From contig JASCQW010000154.1 in the NCBI GenBank assembly GCA_030264375.1, forward strand, positions 16,674,218 through 16,738,217: a stretch of 64,000 nt of DNA. The letters run 5' to 3'. How positions within the stretch are numbered: position 1 is the first letter of the stretch; each line of letters opens with the position of its first letter. The position numbers were made by a program, and so were the translations under genes. Source of the stretch: Carcharhinus longimanus (lineage: Eukaryota). The notes beneath the pieces are model-generated. The model saw only the letters and a list, made by a program, of their open reading frames with translations. It made no database searches and was not told the origin of the DNA. Below are positions 51,726 to 64,000 of the stretch, piece after piece.

Positions 51726-52402
51726 AGGAATTTAGGGGCAGGGTATCCAAGAGATCAGAGTGAAGGGAGGAGGTTTGCATGTAATAGACCAGTTGGACCA
51801 AATGACTCAGTTCTGTCTTGCAACTTTCATAGAAATAGAATCCTTACAGTGCAGAATGAGCTCATTCGGCCCATTGAATCTGCACTGACTGACAGAACAT
51901 TTTATTCAGGCCCTGTCCCTAAATTCCTCTACAATAAAGGCAAAATACTGCAGATGCTGGAAATCTGAAATAAAACAGAAAATGCCCAGAAAGACTCAGC
52001 AGGTCTGGCAGCATCTGTGGAGAGAAACTGAAGTACCATTTTGAGTCTGTATGACTCTTCAGAGCTGAAGAAGGGTAGGAATATGATGAATTATAATGTT
52101 GGAGGGGTAGGTGGGTGGGGGGAGAGGGGGTGTGCATGGAGAAAGTGGAGCAGAATAGGTGGGAGACAGCACTGTAATGGAAACAAGACAAGGGAAGCGT
52201 TAATAGTTTTGGTAAAAACTAAAAAAAAGCGCTACGGTAAGTTAGCAGAATATGTTAATAGCAGACCAAGGGTCAGCACTCTGAAAGCCAAGCACATTAC
52301 AGTATTTACCCCGCTAATCTCCTTAATTTACACATGTTGGGGCAATTTAGCATAGCCAATCCAAAAAACGTGAAGCTGGGTAAAATTATAAGAGGCAGAT
52401 AC

Positions 52403-52490
52403 CTGTTTTCATGATGACATGCGTTGTACTGGGTGAAAAATTACTGAGGAACGCGGCTCCTGTTTTTCTTGCAAATGTTTCAACCAGCAA
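52403..52490 (-). CDS. BRCA1: BRCA1 exon 17 equivalent (BRCT1)
   Basis: 88 nt as in human, AG/GT bounded. LLVETFARKTGAAFLSNFSPSTTHVIMKT versus human [29 protein letters not shown]. Confidence 0.97.
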
Positions 52491-54239
52491 CTGAAATGGG
52501 AGATGGGGGGGGTGGTGGGGAGAGGAAAATAAGACTCATTTACATTCAATTTAATAACTTTTAACTTGGTATGTCATCATTACTTAAATTTAACTTCTTA
52601 CACTTTCTAAAATAAAACAAGATAATACCACTGGACATGAAAGTAAGCCAGAGGTTTACTGAAAAGTACGGTACAGAAATAGGCCCTTCAGTGCAGGCTT
52701 GAAGGGTCGAAGGGGCTGTTCCTGTGCTGTACTTTTCTTTGTTCGACAGGCTGTCTGCACACTTAAAGGCAGCAGTGGGGCAAGATTGGAAAAACTCTCA
52801 TTTCACCCAGTTTTGATAATCCAACACCCTCACTGAGCACAACTCTCAAATTTATTCAACATAATTTCTTTCAGAATATAAACATAAAGGAAGTGAGATC
52901 CCTTGACAAATTAACAATGGGAAAAAAATGCCTTTTCAAAATCAAAACCCAGGAGTAAATCCCGAGGAACATGAATTAAAAGAAATTATTAGTGGCAGAT
53001 GTGGTTATCCCACCAATTATGCTTCTTTTTTGTATGCTGGCAGCAAAAAGTGGTGCAGCTTGTAGATAATTACATCTCATTGTTTAACTGGGATACTCCG
53101 TCAAAGTCAGCGTGCTGTCACCAGCGACATTTCCATACAGAACTGAACACTTCAATGTCATGGTCGTCAGGTTTTAGCATTTCCCAGTTTTTTTAAAAAA
53201 AATAACAACAGCCACATTCAATGGCTGAACATGCAGTTGACATATAAATTAATCCTTTATCCACTTTGGCTTAAAAATTGGTTTCATAGCTTTTGCTGGA
53301 CGCCTGTCCAAAACAAAGATGTCAGCGTTTGTTTAGACGTGTAAATATGACATCCCAAGTGTTCCTGAATTCCAATTATATTTGCATTCCAGCTTTGTGT
53401 GCATGTTTGATACAATAGGTTACACCAAGGTGAGTGATATATTTCCAAATCCTTGGTTGTGGTGTCAAAGTATGTTGTGAAATGATTGGTTCTTGTAATA
53501 GTATGTGTCAAATACTTAAAAAAAAAGTCTGACCGACTTCCAACCCTTTTTCCTCCCTCTGCACACACTGTTTTTACTGACTGCTGAAAAGATTCTTCTG
53601 TGTGTCCTTAAGTTACATAATTTGTTCTGAGCTTTGGACAGCTGAACATCAGTTCAACCTTGGAATAGACAGCTAAGTGGTCCCACTGCACAAAGAACAA
53701 AATGAATAATTATGTATTGTACATAAAACAAAGGCCATTATGGACCACCAATTTCTGGAATATTCTAGATAACAATGAAATTTCCATTATAATGAACTTG
53801 TAACTGTAGATTAGACAGATAGCCTTCATAACACAGCTGCAGCAAATCATTAATCTGATATCATTGAAAATGTCACAAAATAGTACTCTGGTTTTACCAT
53901 CGCAATGATTTTCAGCTTTAATTTTACAGGCAAGTATCTGACTCCGTTGCAGGTTTACTTGCGTCATATGTTGTCAGAAAGTCAAGAATGAAATTCAGAT
54001 ATGTTCTGTCTCAAAACATGCACCTCCACAGAATCTCTGCATGCTCTCCCAGTGTAAACCTAAGCAGATTATTTTGTGCATCTTGGTAAATTCCACCAAG
54101 TTATTGGATAATTTAAATAGCTACGGTCATCACCTTGCTCACTTCTGTCACTCTTTTTTGGGGGAAACCTTTAGCTATTGAGAGCGGATGATATTGAGGG
54201 AATTGGCTTGGAGGCGTTGCATTAACATCTAAGTTGAAA

Positions 54240-54830
54240 TACACCTAATTTTCTCCAAAGGCTTGTCGACTCTTGCTCTGCTGAAGGTGTTTGAATGTCT
54301 TAGTGAGATCTATGAAAATAAGGCAAAGTGTCTCCTACACTTCCCCATGTAGCTGATGTATGGAGAAGATCAAGGCTACAGTAAATCTGCCAGCATGGAA
54401 ACTTCACTGCACTTCCAGGTACACTTGGTCTGCAAGGAGATGACANNNNNNNNNNNNNNNNNNNNNNNNNNNNNNNNNNNNNNNNNNNNNNNNNNNNNNN
54501 NNNNNNNNNNNNNNNNNNNNNNNNNNNNNNNNNNNNNNNNNNNNNTGACATCTTTAAAGTATTACCAAAGAAAAGGCCTTCCCAGGACATTAAGGGGCAA
54601 GATGCCAAGGTGGTTGCTGTCTCCACTGAGACTGAAGTGTGTTTGCATCACACTTCTCCTGTGAAATGGAGATTAATGTCCCAGAGAAGGTCATAAGGTC
54701 AATTCAATAGATAGGACTTTATGCATGAGCAGATGAGCTGGGTTCCATCCTTGCTAGGTATTTTGTTAAGCAGTCTATAGCCTCCTCAACCTCATGCAAG
54801 AATCATTCTTCATCTAATTCACCCATGTGA
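54240..54830 (-). mobile_element. RTE-clade LINE, N-terminal RT part (inverted)
   Basis: Degenerate EVEEAIDCL..DG, SNHLGILPLNVLG, LADQVYLEVQ*SFHAGRFTVALIFSIHQL, LIFIDLTKTF, EKI; these resemble RTE motifs PESQCGFRAGRSTVDMIF and AFIDLTKAFD. Confidence 0.78.
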
Positions 54831-55017
54831 AAGCTGCGGGAATGTGTCAAGTGCAGACTGGGTGATATCCATCTTATAGTAATGCTCAAACCAACTGGAC
54901 ATCTGTTCATTTCTGCCAGTGAGCACATTCTCACCTGCTAACTTGGCTTGGGTCGGGGGTGAAGAAGAGGGTCAACACTGGTGACGGGAGGACCAAATGC
55001 TCCCTCGATTTTGTCAA

Positions 55018-55752
55018 GGTCAACAAAACAAAGGAGATTGTCATCGATTTCAGGAAGTATAAAAGGAGAACATGCCTTTGTCTACATCAACGGGGTGGAA
55101 GTAGGAAGGGTCGAAAGCTTTAAGTTTTTAGGTGTCCACAATCACCAACAATCTGTCCTGGTCCCTTCATGCTGCCACTATAGTTAAGCAAGCCCATCAA
55201 TGCCTCTACTTTCTCAGAAGACTAAAGGAAATTTGGCATGTCAGCTACGACTCTCACCAACTTTTACAGATGCATCATAGAAAGCTTTCTTTCTGGTTGT
55301 ATTGCAGCTTGGTATGGCTCCTGCTCTGCCCAGACTGCAAGGAACTACAAAATGTCATGAATGCAGCCCAATCCATCACGCAAACCAGCCTCCCATCCAC
55401 TGACTCTGTCTACACTTCCTGCTATCTCAGCAAAGCAGCCAGCATAATCAAGGACCCTACGTACCCTGGATATTCTCTCTTCCACCTTCTTCCATCGGGA
55501 AAAAGGTACAAAGTCTGAGGTCACATACCAATCGAATGAAGAACAGCTTCTTTCCTGCTGCTGTCAGATTTTTGAATGGACTTAGCTCAAATTAAGTTGA
55601 TCTTTCTCTACACCCTAGCTATGACTGTAACACTACATTCTGCACTCTCCCATTTCCTTCTCTATGGACGGTATGTTTTGTCTGTACAGCACGCAAGAAA
55701 CAATATTTTTCACTATATGAAAATACACGTGACAATAATAAGTCAAATCAAC
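55018..55752 (+). mobile_element. Rex1/Babar LINE 3' portion
   Basis: VESFKFLGV..ITNNLSWSLHAATIVKQAHQCLYFLRRLK..KAASIIKDPT..HLLPSGKRYK, with tail cacgtgacaataataagtcaaatc. Confidence 0.9.
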
Positions 55753-55844
55753 ATATTTTGTAAATTTTCACGATCACAGTCAGTTTGCATAACTTGACAT
55801 AAGTTAATCCAGTGTTTATTTGTGCAGTTTGTCCCCATCTTTTT

Positions 55845-57300
55845 TAAGGCTGTCTTTATCTAATTAAGCGCCTCAGTCTCAAACTTCCGCCATGACATTA
55901 TGCACTGCACTATAGTTTGATGGCTTTACGTCCAACAATTGCAGAATGAAGAATGGAGTGAAACAGAGTCTTTACACCACTCTCTTTGGCACCTTCTCTG
56001 TGCTCCTGACCTACGCCTTCTCTACGATTTTATGGTACAGTGGTTAGCATTGCTGCCTCACAGTGCCAAGGATGTGGGTTCAATTCCTAGTTTGGGTGAC
56101 TATCTGTGTGGAGTTTGCATTCTTCCCACGTCCACGGGGGTTCCCTCTGGGCGCTCCGGTTTCCGAAAGCCATGCTAAATTCTCCCTCAGTGTACCCAAA
56201 CAGGTGCTGGCTGAAGTGTGGCAACTAGGGGATTTTCACAGTAACTTCATTGCAGTGTAAGTGGAAGCCTATTTGTGACTAATGAATAAATGCAGGATAT
56301 GGAGGGGTCTACTTGCTCACTAGGTCAGACAGGAAGCTCTACAATCTATCAAGGCTGAAAACGAGGATAAAATAATTTGTGTCTCCTCGATGCTTTGCTC
56401 TAGTCACTTTCACGGAAGCTCAGCTACACAGTCTCATGGACTATCTCTCCCAAGCCTTATCTTATTGTCCAATTATAAGCAGCCCAATAATTGGTGATGG
56501 TACATCTCCACTTCTGATCACCAACACCCTGCTAGAAGCGGGGTGTTTGCCCAGAGACCCTGGTGACAGATAACATGTCCCTTGTAGAACATGACACATG
56601 CACGAGGAAAGCAGGTACCGCCTTTAGCCGATTCACAAAATGTTAACTGAATAACATTAAACTGACCCTCAAGATCAAGCTAATGGGTTATAAGGAAGGT
56701 TCCCAGCACCTTCCTGTATTGCTGTGATACATCGACAACACACAGCTTTCAAGAAAAGAAGCTCAACAGTATCCATCTTTAGTACCTGTGGCACATTATG
56801 GGTATATCCTGGCAGGACAGAATCATTAATGTGACAGCCCTCTCAAAGTCAGAGCTACCATGTTGTTAAGCACTCAAACAGTGGTGCATTATTGGCTTGG
56901 GCACACGTGCAGGATGGAAAATACCCAAAGTCATATGGCAAGGTGAGGTAGCTGGAGCCAGATTTTCAGTAGGACACCCAAAGCATTTTGTTCAAAGATG
57001 CTTGCAAGCATGACACGAAGGCCCAGAAGATCAATTACCGTATCCGAGAGTTATGAGTTGATAATTAAGGAAAATGCTAACATCGCCTGTGGACTAACAT
57101 GACCACTGGCTATGCCAACAGACACCAACACGAAAACAACAATCCACAATGGCACATGTGGCAGAATGTGCATTTCAAGCATCAATCTCTTCAGCCAGCA
57201 GCATGAAGACTTCATGAAGACACCCCAACTGAAATGGATTTGTTTGATGCACATCCATCATCTTCCGTAACTGGAAGATGGAAGCCAGCCAGTGAACTGC
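55845..57300 (+). mobile_element. RTE-clade LINE, C-terminal RT part and 3' end, interrupted by an HE1 SINE (56032-56290)
   Basis: KNGVKQ..TTLFGTF, GVYLLTRSDRKLYNLSRLK, TEAQLHSLMD, IMGISWQDRI, WLGHTCRME, FKDACKHD. Confidence 0.82.
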
Positions 57301-57429
57301 CTCTGGGTTAATGACCTTAACTGTTAATTCTGTTCCCTCCAGCAGTCAGGTTCAGTGATTCCTCATTCTCAGTAAAAACGCCAAGAGATTTAATCAACAG
57401 GGAACAAAGGAAAGACATTAAAACAAAAT

Positions 57430-57745
57430 CATAGAATCCTACAGAGCAGAAGGAGGCCATTCAGCCCATCAAGTCTAACTGTCCACAATCTCCACCCAGG
57501 CCCTATCCCCATAACCCCATGCACATAGCCTAGCTAGTCCCCCTGACGCTAAGGGGCAATGTAGCATGGCCAATAAACGATAACCTGCACGTCGTTCAGA
57601 CTGTGGGAGGAAGCCTGAGCATTCAGAGGAAACCCACCCAAAGGGAAAACGTGCAAACTCCACACATAGTGACTCAAGCCAGGAATCAAACCCAGGTCTC
57701 CAGTGCTGTGCGGCAGCAGTGCTAACCATTGTGCCACCATGTCAC
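57430..57745 (-). mobile_element. HE1-type SINE, CR1-type tail
   Basis: Head, core and tail on the minus strand, ~115 bp from the exon 16 donor. Confidence 0.88.
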
Positions 57746-57860
57746 CCAAAGTTAATTCGTTATGTCAGCTTTGCTAATGGTACTGGATTTTTAAACTCGA
57801 GGAGGATTGATAGCTCATTGCTTTGAAAATACTAAAAATTTGACATAACTTAAAACTTAC

Positions 57861-58207
57861 AATTTCGTTTTTGTTCAATCCTGAAGCTACAAAGGACATT
57901 TTTCTTTTAATGGTCACAACCGTGCTCTTGCTGGCATTCGCACTTTTGTTAAAAACAGGAGATGAAGTTCGTGAAGATTTGCTATGCTTGAAGCTTTTGG
58001 ACATTGCCCTTCTGTCATGTTGGGGTTTCTCATGCTGGGGAGGTGACATACTCTCGTCGTCAGCAACATCTTCTGTAGGCTGGCATCTTATCATAGACAA
58101 AACAGAAGGGCTACTTGCTGATGCCAAAACACAGTCTCCCTTTCCTGCACTCTCTAATTTGTTTGTCAACGTAACGTCTTTCAGCAGTTCCTCACCATCA
58201 TGATTTC
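57861..58207 (-). CDS. BRCA1: BRCA1 exon equivalent to human exon 16 (linker plus start of BRCT1)
   Basis: Acceptor ttcaag, donor gtaagt, 347 nt, phase 1 to 0. Ends KRKMSFVASGLNKNEI, matching human KRMSMVVSGLTPEEF. Confidence 0.95.
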
Positions 58208-58293
58208 CTTGAAGAATAAACACATTCATTAGCAAATTGCAAAATATTAGAAGTTGTAGTATCATGGCATTTCTGAAGAGAATTAACAATCCT

Positions 58294-59228
58294 TGCTATT
58301 TTCATTGGGACTTTTGGCCTTTAATTTTGGTAAAATTATGGTGATCATATAATCTGTTCTGGAGTCTGCCTGGCAGCAAGCCTGGGTTTGATTGTTAAAG
58401 GGGCCCAAGATTGTTTTATTGGGAAGATGATGCAAGATGTCTATGCTCGGGAGACATGGGCAGCAGCCTCTGTGTTTACGCTGGATAGGCTGAGAGTCTC
58501 TAAACCCCAGAAGAGTATTGAAAATGTCAGGTTGTACGCTTTATATTGTCCATTTAGTTCCAGTCTGAAAGAGATGGGCTCTCAAGGATTGTGAACCAGA
58601 ATTTCTACCTGGATACAAAGCCCATGTGATTAATGTCACCATGGAAATGGGCTTTGAGAAGGGAAGAGTATCTAAGAGATTCCTGAAAACTCTCAGACAG
58701 TTGGTCTGCCAGACTCCAGGAGAGGGTGAAAAGCTATTGACGAGATGCTGTGGTTCATCATACAGGAATCTGGATGGGAGCTTGTGCAAGGATTGGAAAG
58801 ATCCAATTTGTTGGGAGTTAAAACAAGGACGAATGGTTTGCCTAGCTTTAGCCTGAAGGATAAATCTCCAGGAAAACACACACTGAAAAACAGTTCTGGA
58901 GTTCAAAGTTTCCAGGCTAAAAATGGAAAAGATCCAAAACAAACTCTTGTGAATCAAGAATCACTTTGGACTGATTCTGGGAAAATTAAATATCTACTTA
59001 AAAGACAGTGTAACATATGCCAGCTAGAATTTTTTCTTTCAGTTGCGTTAAAAGTTCCATCTGCATTTGAAAGTATACAATGACGACAAATATGGTGTTT
59101 AGTCAATGCTTTTGTCTGTTACAGTATCAGTTTTAAAATGTGAAACTTTGGTGTGACATCCATTCAAATATTAAATAGGAGTTTTAATTTCATTTTAAAA
59201 TATAACAGTCTCCATGGAGATTGCAACA
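58294..59228 (+). mobile_element. Probable long solo LTR, degraded
   Basis: TG...CA ends (tgctat...ttgcaaca) and a 3' end aaaatataacagtctccatggagattgcaaca resembling shark LTR ends as I recall them. No TSD found. Confidence 0.45.
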
Positions 59229-60486
59229 TGGCCCCTATAATAGTTACAACTCCTTAAAAGGTACATTAAAATCATCAAGACCAAGCAACAACGAAAATAG
59301 TGACCAAAATGTCACTTTCCTCAAAAGAAAATTAAGTAATTGAACGTAATCTTCATCTTCATCAAGAATAGAGTTCTTTTCTTTGCAAAAGTTTTTTTAA
59401 AAATCAATTAATCTTTTCCTCATTCTAATTTGAAAACTTATTTTCTGGTGATCACTTTTCAGGACAAGGTATAGAATGTGACCAAACTAAAAAAAGAAGT
59501 TCCACCATTTTGTAGAAATTTAAACCCATCTCAATTGCAGTGTAGTTAAATTGATAAAGTGCAAGAGCTCAATTCATCTGCAGCAGTGGGGAAACCAACA
59601 AACCTGGTTTCATTCTCAATCAAGCCAATAAACGGATCCATTTTAGTTGCACTCTTAATTTCTGGCTATCACTCTGTTGAGTATTTTGTGAGATTGCTAG
59701 AGCACTGTAGATATTAGCATTTTCTAAACGTACAGGAGCATAGGTTTGTCCCAGCTACAACACTGTTAAACAAAATGGATCAACATTATTTGTAAGACAT
59801 CAGTGGTCAGAATTCTTCCCTCACTCTTTGGGGAGGCTTTCATCTGTAACAGGAGTGGCATTAGAAAGTTTGCAAACCAATGTTAACAGCACATTTATAC
59901 TTGTGAATTGCTTCCTGAGTAAGTTATGTTCTTGATCACTGTTGTGTAAAATTCCCCTAGTTATATTGTAACTCAGCGGCATCACCTGGTGTCACTGTAA
60001 ATGGTCCACACAGGTTAAAAAGTAGCAATGAGATCATAAAAAAACACAGAAAATGAAGCGCCATAGGAGATTAACTAGCATGATGAGCTAAAGTTTTGAA
60101 TGTGGAAGCCGAACCTCTCTGAACAAAGGAAGAAGACCATACATCAATTCTTATTTTATTCAACATCCACACACAAAACAGGNNNNNNNNNNNNNNNNNC
60201 TGCAAAACCCTTAAAGGTCTACAAGTGTAGTGGGAACTCTGCAACTCTAAAGCACTTAAGAATCAGAGGCATTAGGACAGGACATGGATGCAGACTGCGC
60301 TACATTTTACTCCATTCCCAGGTTGATCTTTACAGATTATATCAACTGCTTGTGTTTTTACTACATACAGGACATATTGAGTTTTTTAAATTCCAAACTT
60401 TTATTATTTAGTGTCACAGGTAGGCTTATATTAACACTGCAATGAACTATTACTGATCTGTGGTGGATGTTTTAATCTGTAAATAC

Positions 60487-60662
60487 CTTCACTATCTGAG
60501 TTTGTGTGTTTCTTTATCTCCTCTTTCTCTTGTGCGGCATTTGGCGAGTCAGTAATTTCTCCCTGAGAGCCTGCTTTGGATTGGAATTGGTGTGGCGAGT
60601 CATCCACTGCTTGAAGCCTCTCTGGTTTTTGTCTAATTTCCAAATCCGTACCAGATATTGGG
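60487..60662 (-). CDS. BRCA1: BRCA1 exon equivalent to human exon 15
   Basis: Polypyrimidine tract plus gacag acceptor, donor gtattt, 176 nt, phase 2 to 1. Reads PISGTDLEIRQKPERLQAVDDSPHQFQSKAGSQGEITDSPNAAQEKEEIKKHTNSDSE, in frame with both neighbours. Confidence 0.82.
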
Positions 60663-60704
60663 CTGTCAAAAATAGAAAAAAAGCAGTTAAAAATGTCACA
60701 ATAT

Positions 60705-61485
60705 TAACATTCAGCACCATTCCCAATTCCTCAGGTACTGAAGCAGTCCCTACAGCAAGGCCTGGACAACATACAGACTTGGGCTGAAAAGTGGCAAGTA
60801 TCATTTGCATGACACAAGTGCCAGGTGACGAGCATTTCCAACCAAAGAGAATCTAACCAACTCCTATTGATAGTTAATGACATTACCATTAATGAAAAAC
60901 TAAATTGGATCAGCCAGATACGTATTGTGGCTACAAGAGCAGGTAAGAGACTGGAGATTCTGAGGCTGAATTAACCTACCTTCTGACTCCCCAAAGCCTG
61001 TCTACCATCAAAAAGAAGTCAGGAGTGTAATGGAACACTCTCCTCTTGCCTGAATGAATGTAGCTCCAACAACACTCAAAGCTCAATACCATTCAGGACA
61101 AAGCAACTTGATTGGTCAGCACCCCATAAACTTTAAACATTCACTGCCTCTACCACAGACTCTCAAGCGGCAGCAGTGTACATCAAGTGCAACATGCACT
61201 GCAGTAACTTCAAGGTTCTTTCAACAGCACGGTCCAAGCACATGACCTCTACCACCTAGGACAAAGGCAGCAGATGCATGGGAACATCTCCACCTGCAAA
61301 TTCCCCTCCAAACCACACACCACCCTGACTTGGGTTTATATCACAGTTCCTTCACTGTTGCTGATCAAAATTCTGGAACTTCCTTCCTAACATCACTGCG
61401 TGTACCACCACCTTCAATGGCAATTAAGGGTGGGCACCAAATGTTGGCTCTGCCAGCAATACCCACATCCTGTTAAAGGATAAAA
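60705..61485 (+). mobile_element. CR1-group LINE 3' portion
   Basis: FSTIPNSSGTEAV..LDNIQTWAEKWQVSF.., colinear with 38745-39475 through the tail. Confidence 0.85.
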
Positions 61486-61899
61486 AAGCAAAACGTTTTT
61501 GCAGACAATATTGACACAAGATATTACATTCATCTACATATTTCTCATTCCCAAGGTACCTAGAATACATGTACAAAATATTCCAAATTAACTTCTGTTT
61601 TGTAGCCTCAAAAGCAAGGTAGAACTTCTTTTTGGGAGGATTTGGCACTGCAGACGTTCCTATGCCATGACAAGCTGCCTTTGTCCTTCCAGGTGGTAGA
61701 GGTCACACGTTTGGAAGATCTATTGAAGGTGCCTTAGAAAGTTGCTGCAAGGCATGCTGCAGAGATAATGCAGCCAGTAACAGTACTTTGGGAAAAGTCA
61801 AACACGTTGGCTCAAATTATTCTTGGAGAAAACAAAAAGGGAGACAATAGGAATGTACTTTCCAGTTAAGCACTATATAAAACATTAAACTTGTTCAAA

Positions 61900-62290
61900 T
61901 AAAGTTTATTTATTAGTGTTACAAGTCAGTTTACATAAATACTACAATGAAATTACTGTGAAAATCCTCTAATTGCCACACACCAACACCTGTTCAGGTT
62001 CACTGAGGGAGAATTGGGAGGGAGCTTGGCCAATGCACCCAACCAGCCCATCATTCAGACTGTGGGAGGAAGCCAAAGCACTTGGGAGGAAACTCATGCA
62101 GGCACAGGGAGAACATGCAGACTCTGCTCAGACAGTGACCCAAGCCGGGAATCGAACCCAGGTTTGGTGCATTGCCCATGCTAACTTCTCCCTCAGTATA
62201 CCTGAACAGGTGCCGGAGTGTGGTGACCAAGGAATTTACACAGTAACTGTGTTAATGTGAGCCTACTTGTGACACAAATAAACAAACTTA
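61900..62290. mobile_element. Head-to-head fused HE1 B-tail SINEs (inverted repeat)
   Basis: Minus copy 61900-62163 is joined directly to a plus-strand 3' half at 62165-62290. Confidence 0.85.
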
Positions 62291-62608
62291 AACTTAAGGC
62301 TTGTCAGTGGTTTACTGTGATCCAAGTATCTTCTCTGAAACCAAACTAAATTCAGTAATGGTTACTCTTCAGGCAATTTTTTTAAAAACAAGATAATACA
62401 CAAATTGTTTACAGAAGTATTGACGATGGCTACAGAAATAATTGTTCATTGACCTCTGTAATAGTTTGGGGAGCCCAGTTTAAGGGAAGGAAACATGGAG
62501 AACAGGATAAGGCATTTTCATCTCACACTAAACATGTTCAACACCTACGTGCTGTTTCTTTAGTCAATAAATATATGCAAATTTAAACAAGTCCTGGTAG
62601 AACCTTAC

Positions 62609-62756
62609 CATTCAGTCTCCTCTTTGTCCTCATGTGCAAAGACTACACTTGTATTTAGCAGTGGCTGAGGTCTTACAGCTTCAGTTGCTGGAAGAAATTG
62701 TGATTTTGATCTGCTTTGCAAATTTTCAGGAAGCCCCAGGTGAAATTCAGCAGTAA
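62609..62756 (-). CDS. BRCA1: BRCA1 exon equivalent to human legacy exon 14 (SQ-cluster region); gene continues beyond the window
   Basis: Acceptor ttgacag, donor gtaagg, 148 nt, phase 1 to 2 as in human exon 14. Reads TAEFHLGLPENLQSRSKSQFLPATEAVRPQPLLNTSVVFAHEDKEETE and splices in frame to the next exon. Sequence similarity is low, so the call rests on phase and position. Confidence 0.8.
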
Positions 62757-64000
62757 CTGTCAATATGAAGAACATGCTTTTAAAAAAAAGTACATACATT
62801 TACCTTTGCAAAGAAGTTGCAATGTGGAAGCTGCTCGTGAAGCCCAACCAGTCTGTCAGTATGTGAGGTTTTAGATAAGTGCTGGAATTTCATATTTGCT
62901 CATAAAATTTGATTAAATATATTCCACCCTAGGCCAATTAGGCTTCGCTGCACTGATGATAATGAAGAATTAATGAGCATAAATAATTCATAAGTGGATC
63001 ATGAAGGTTTGCCTAACTGATAAAAATTAATCTGGTGATCCCCTGCTACCTGTGTAATAATAATGGATTGGTTCTTTCATTTGCCGCCCTCACCACTAAG
63101 TTAAGTACTTTTATTCTTTGACATTTTCCGGTCAGGATCTTCCATTGTTCTCAAGGTTGAATGGTTCAGGAGGCGTGGGAAAGCCAACAAGGGAGAAAAT
63201 CAGGGAACAAAAGAGGGTTTGGGTCTTCATAGGAAAGCATACCTCATTAAAAATGATCTGTGTTGAATTCTACCTGAATGTAGCAGTAAGCCCATAACTT
63301 GCTGGAAGTAATTTTATAGCAATATGGAAGTGTCCTATAAAGTAGAAACAACTGAAAATTAATGGACATCATGTGTAAGCTTTAAAGTTAATGAAGTAGT
63401 TCAGGGTTTCAGGTGGGGGTGAGTGGAAAGTAGGGAAATAATGAAACCGTTCCCAAGACAGATTCTAGATTTGGATCATATGAAATGAGGACATGAACGT
63501 AAAGCAGCTTTGATACACAGAGTGCCGAATCTTTCTGTCCATGGAACATTTAGGGACTGAATTTTAAAGTCATAAGCTACAAGTAAAAATCATTGATAGC
63601 TTTTTTCAAAAGCCGCTTGGCCATGTCAAAGCTCTGGATGAAAACACAATTCAAATGCCATGTCATAGACAGCACAAGGTTATATTACAATTACTATCAC
63701 GTAGCAATAAGTCTCAAAATTAACAGATAAAAATGATCAATTGTAAGTGCCTTTGCAGTTAAGAGTTTAAAATCTTGCTGGAATGGCATCTTACATGCAG
63801 CCAGATCTCAGGCGAATCAACTGAATGTGTCTTTGATAAAAGCAATGGAATGATTTTGGATCTCATACCTTGTGGTTACCCACTTAATTGTAAATGGCAA
63901 AGTCAAAAGCCTCATCTGCTATCATCAGGTAGAATGAAACACATAGAATCAATGAAATGATTCTAACTAGATGGAATTAATTTGAAACTAAAATGGCAAT

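Overview
Eukaryotic, non-prokaryotic DNA. The repeat content (HE1-type V-SINEs, Deu-domain SINEs, CR1, Rex/Babar, RTE and Penelope-like fragments) indicates a shark; it resembles carcharhiniform repeats, which is an inference. The draft assembly has many N gaps. The only protein-coding gene I can support is the 3' part of BRCA1 on the minus strand: 11 coding exons from 62756 down to the stop at 30468. They match human legacy exons 14-24 in phase, and five BRCT exons (17-20, 22, 23 minus the N-dependent exon 20) match in size; they encode part of the SQ-cluster region and both BRCT repeats. The gene continues beyond the right edge. Bases 1-~28800 are intergenic: repeats plus several repeat-free, enhancer-like islands, with no recognisable exon. 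Most ORFs in the track are spurious translations of repeats. Main oddities: (1) a non-canonical TT donor after the 41-nt BRCT exon; (2) a ~2.6-kb inversion flanked by a ~0.42-kb inverted duplication; (3) an RTE LINE split into inverted halves that join at one codon position; (4) Penelope-type minimal hammerhead ribozyme relics, one with a CR1 inserted at the predicted cleavage site; (5) a solo LTR with intact promoter motifs pointing at a strong splice donor. I found no convincing new biological system. Repeat boundaries are approximate (about 10-20 bp); exon boundaries were read base by base.
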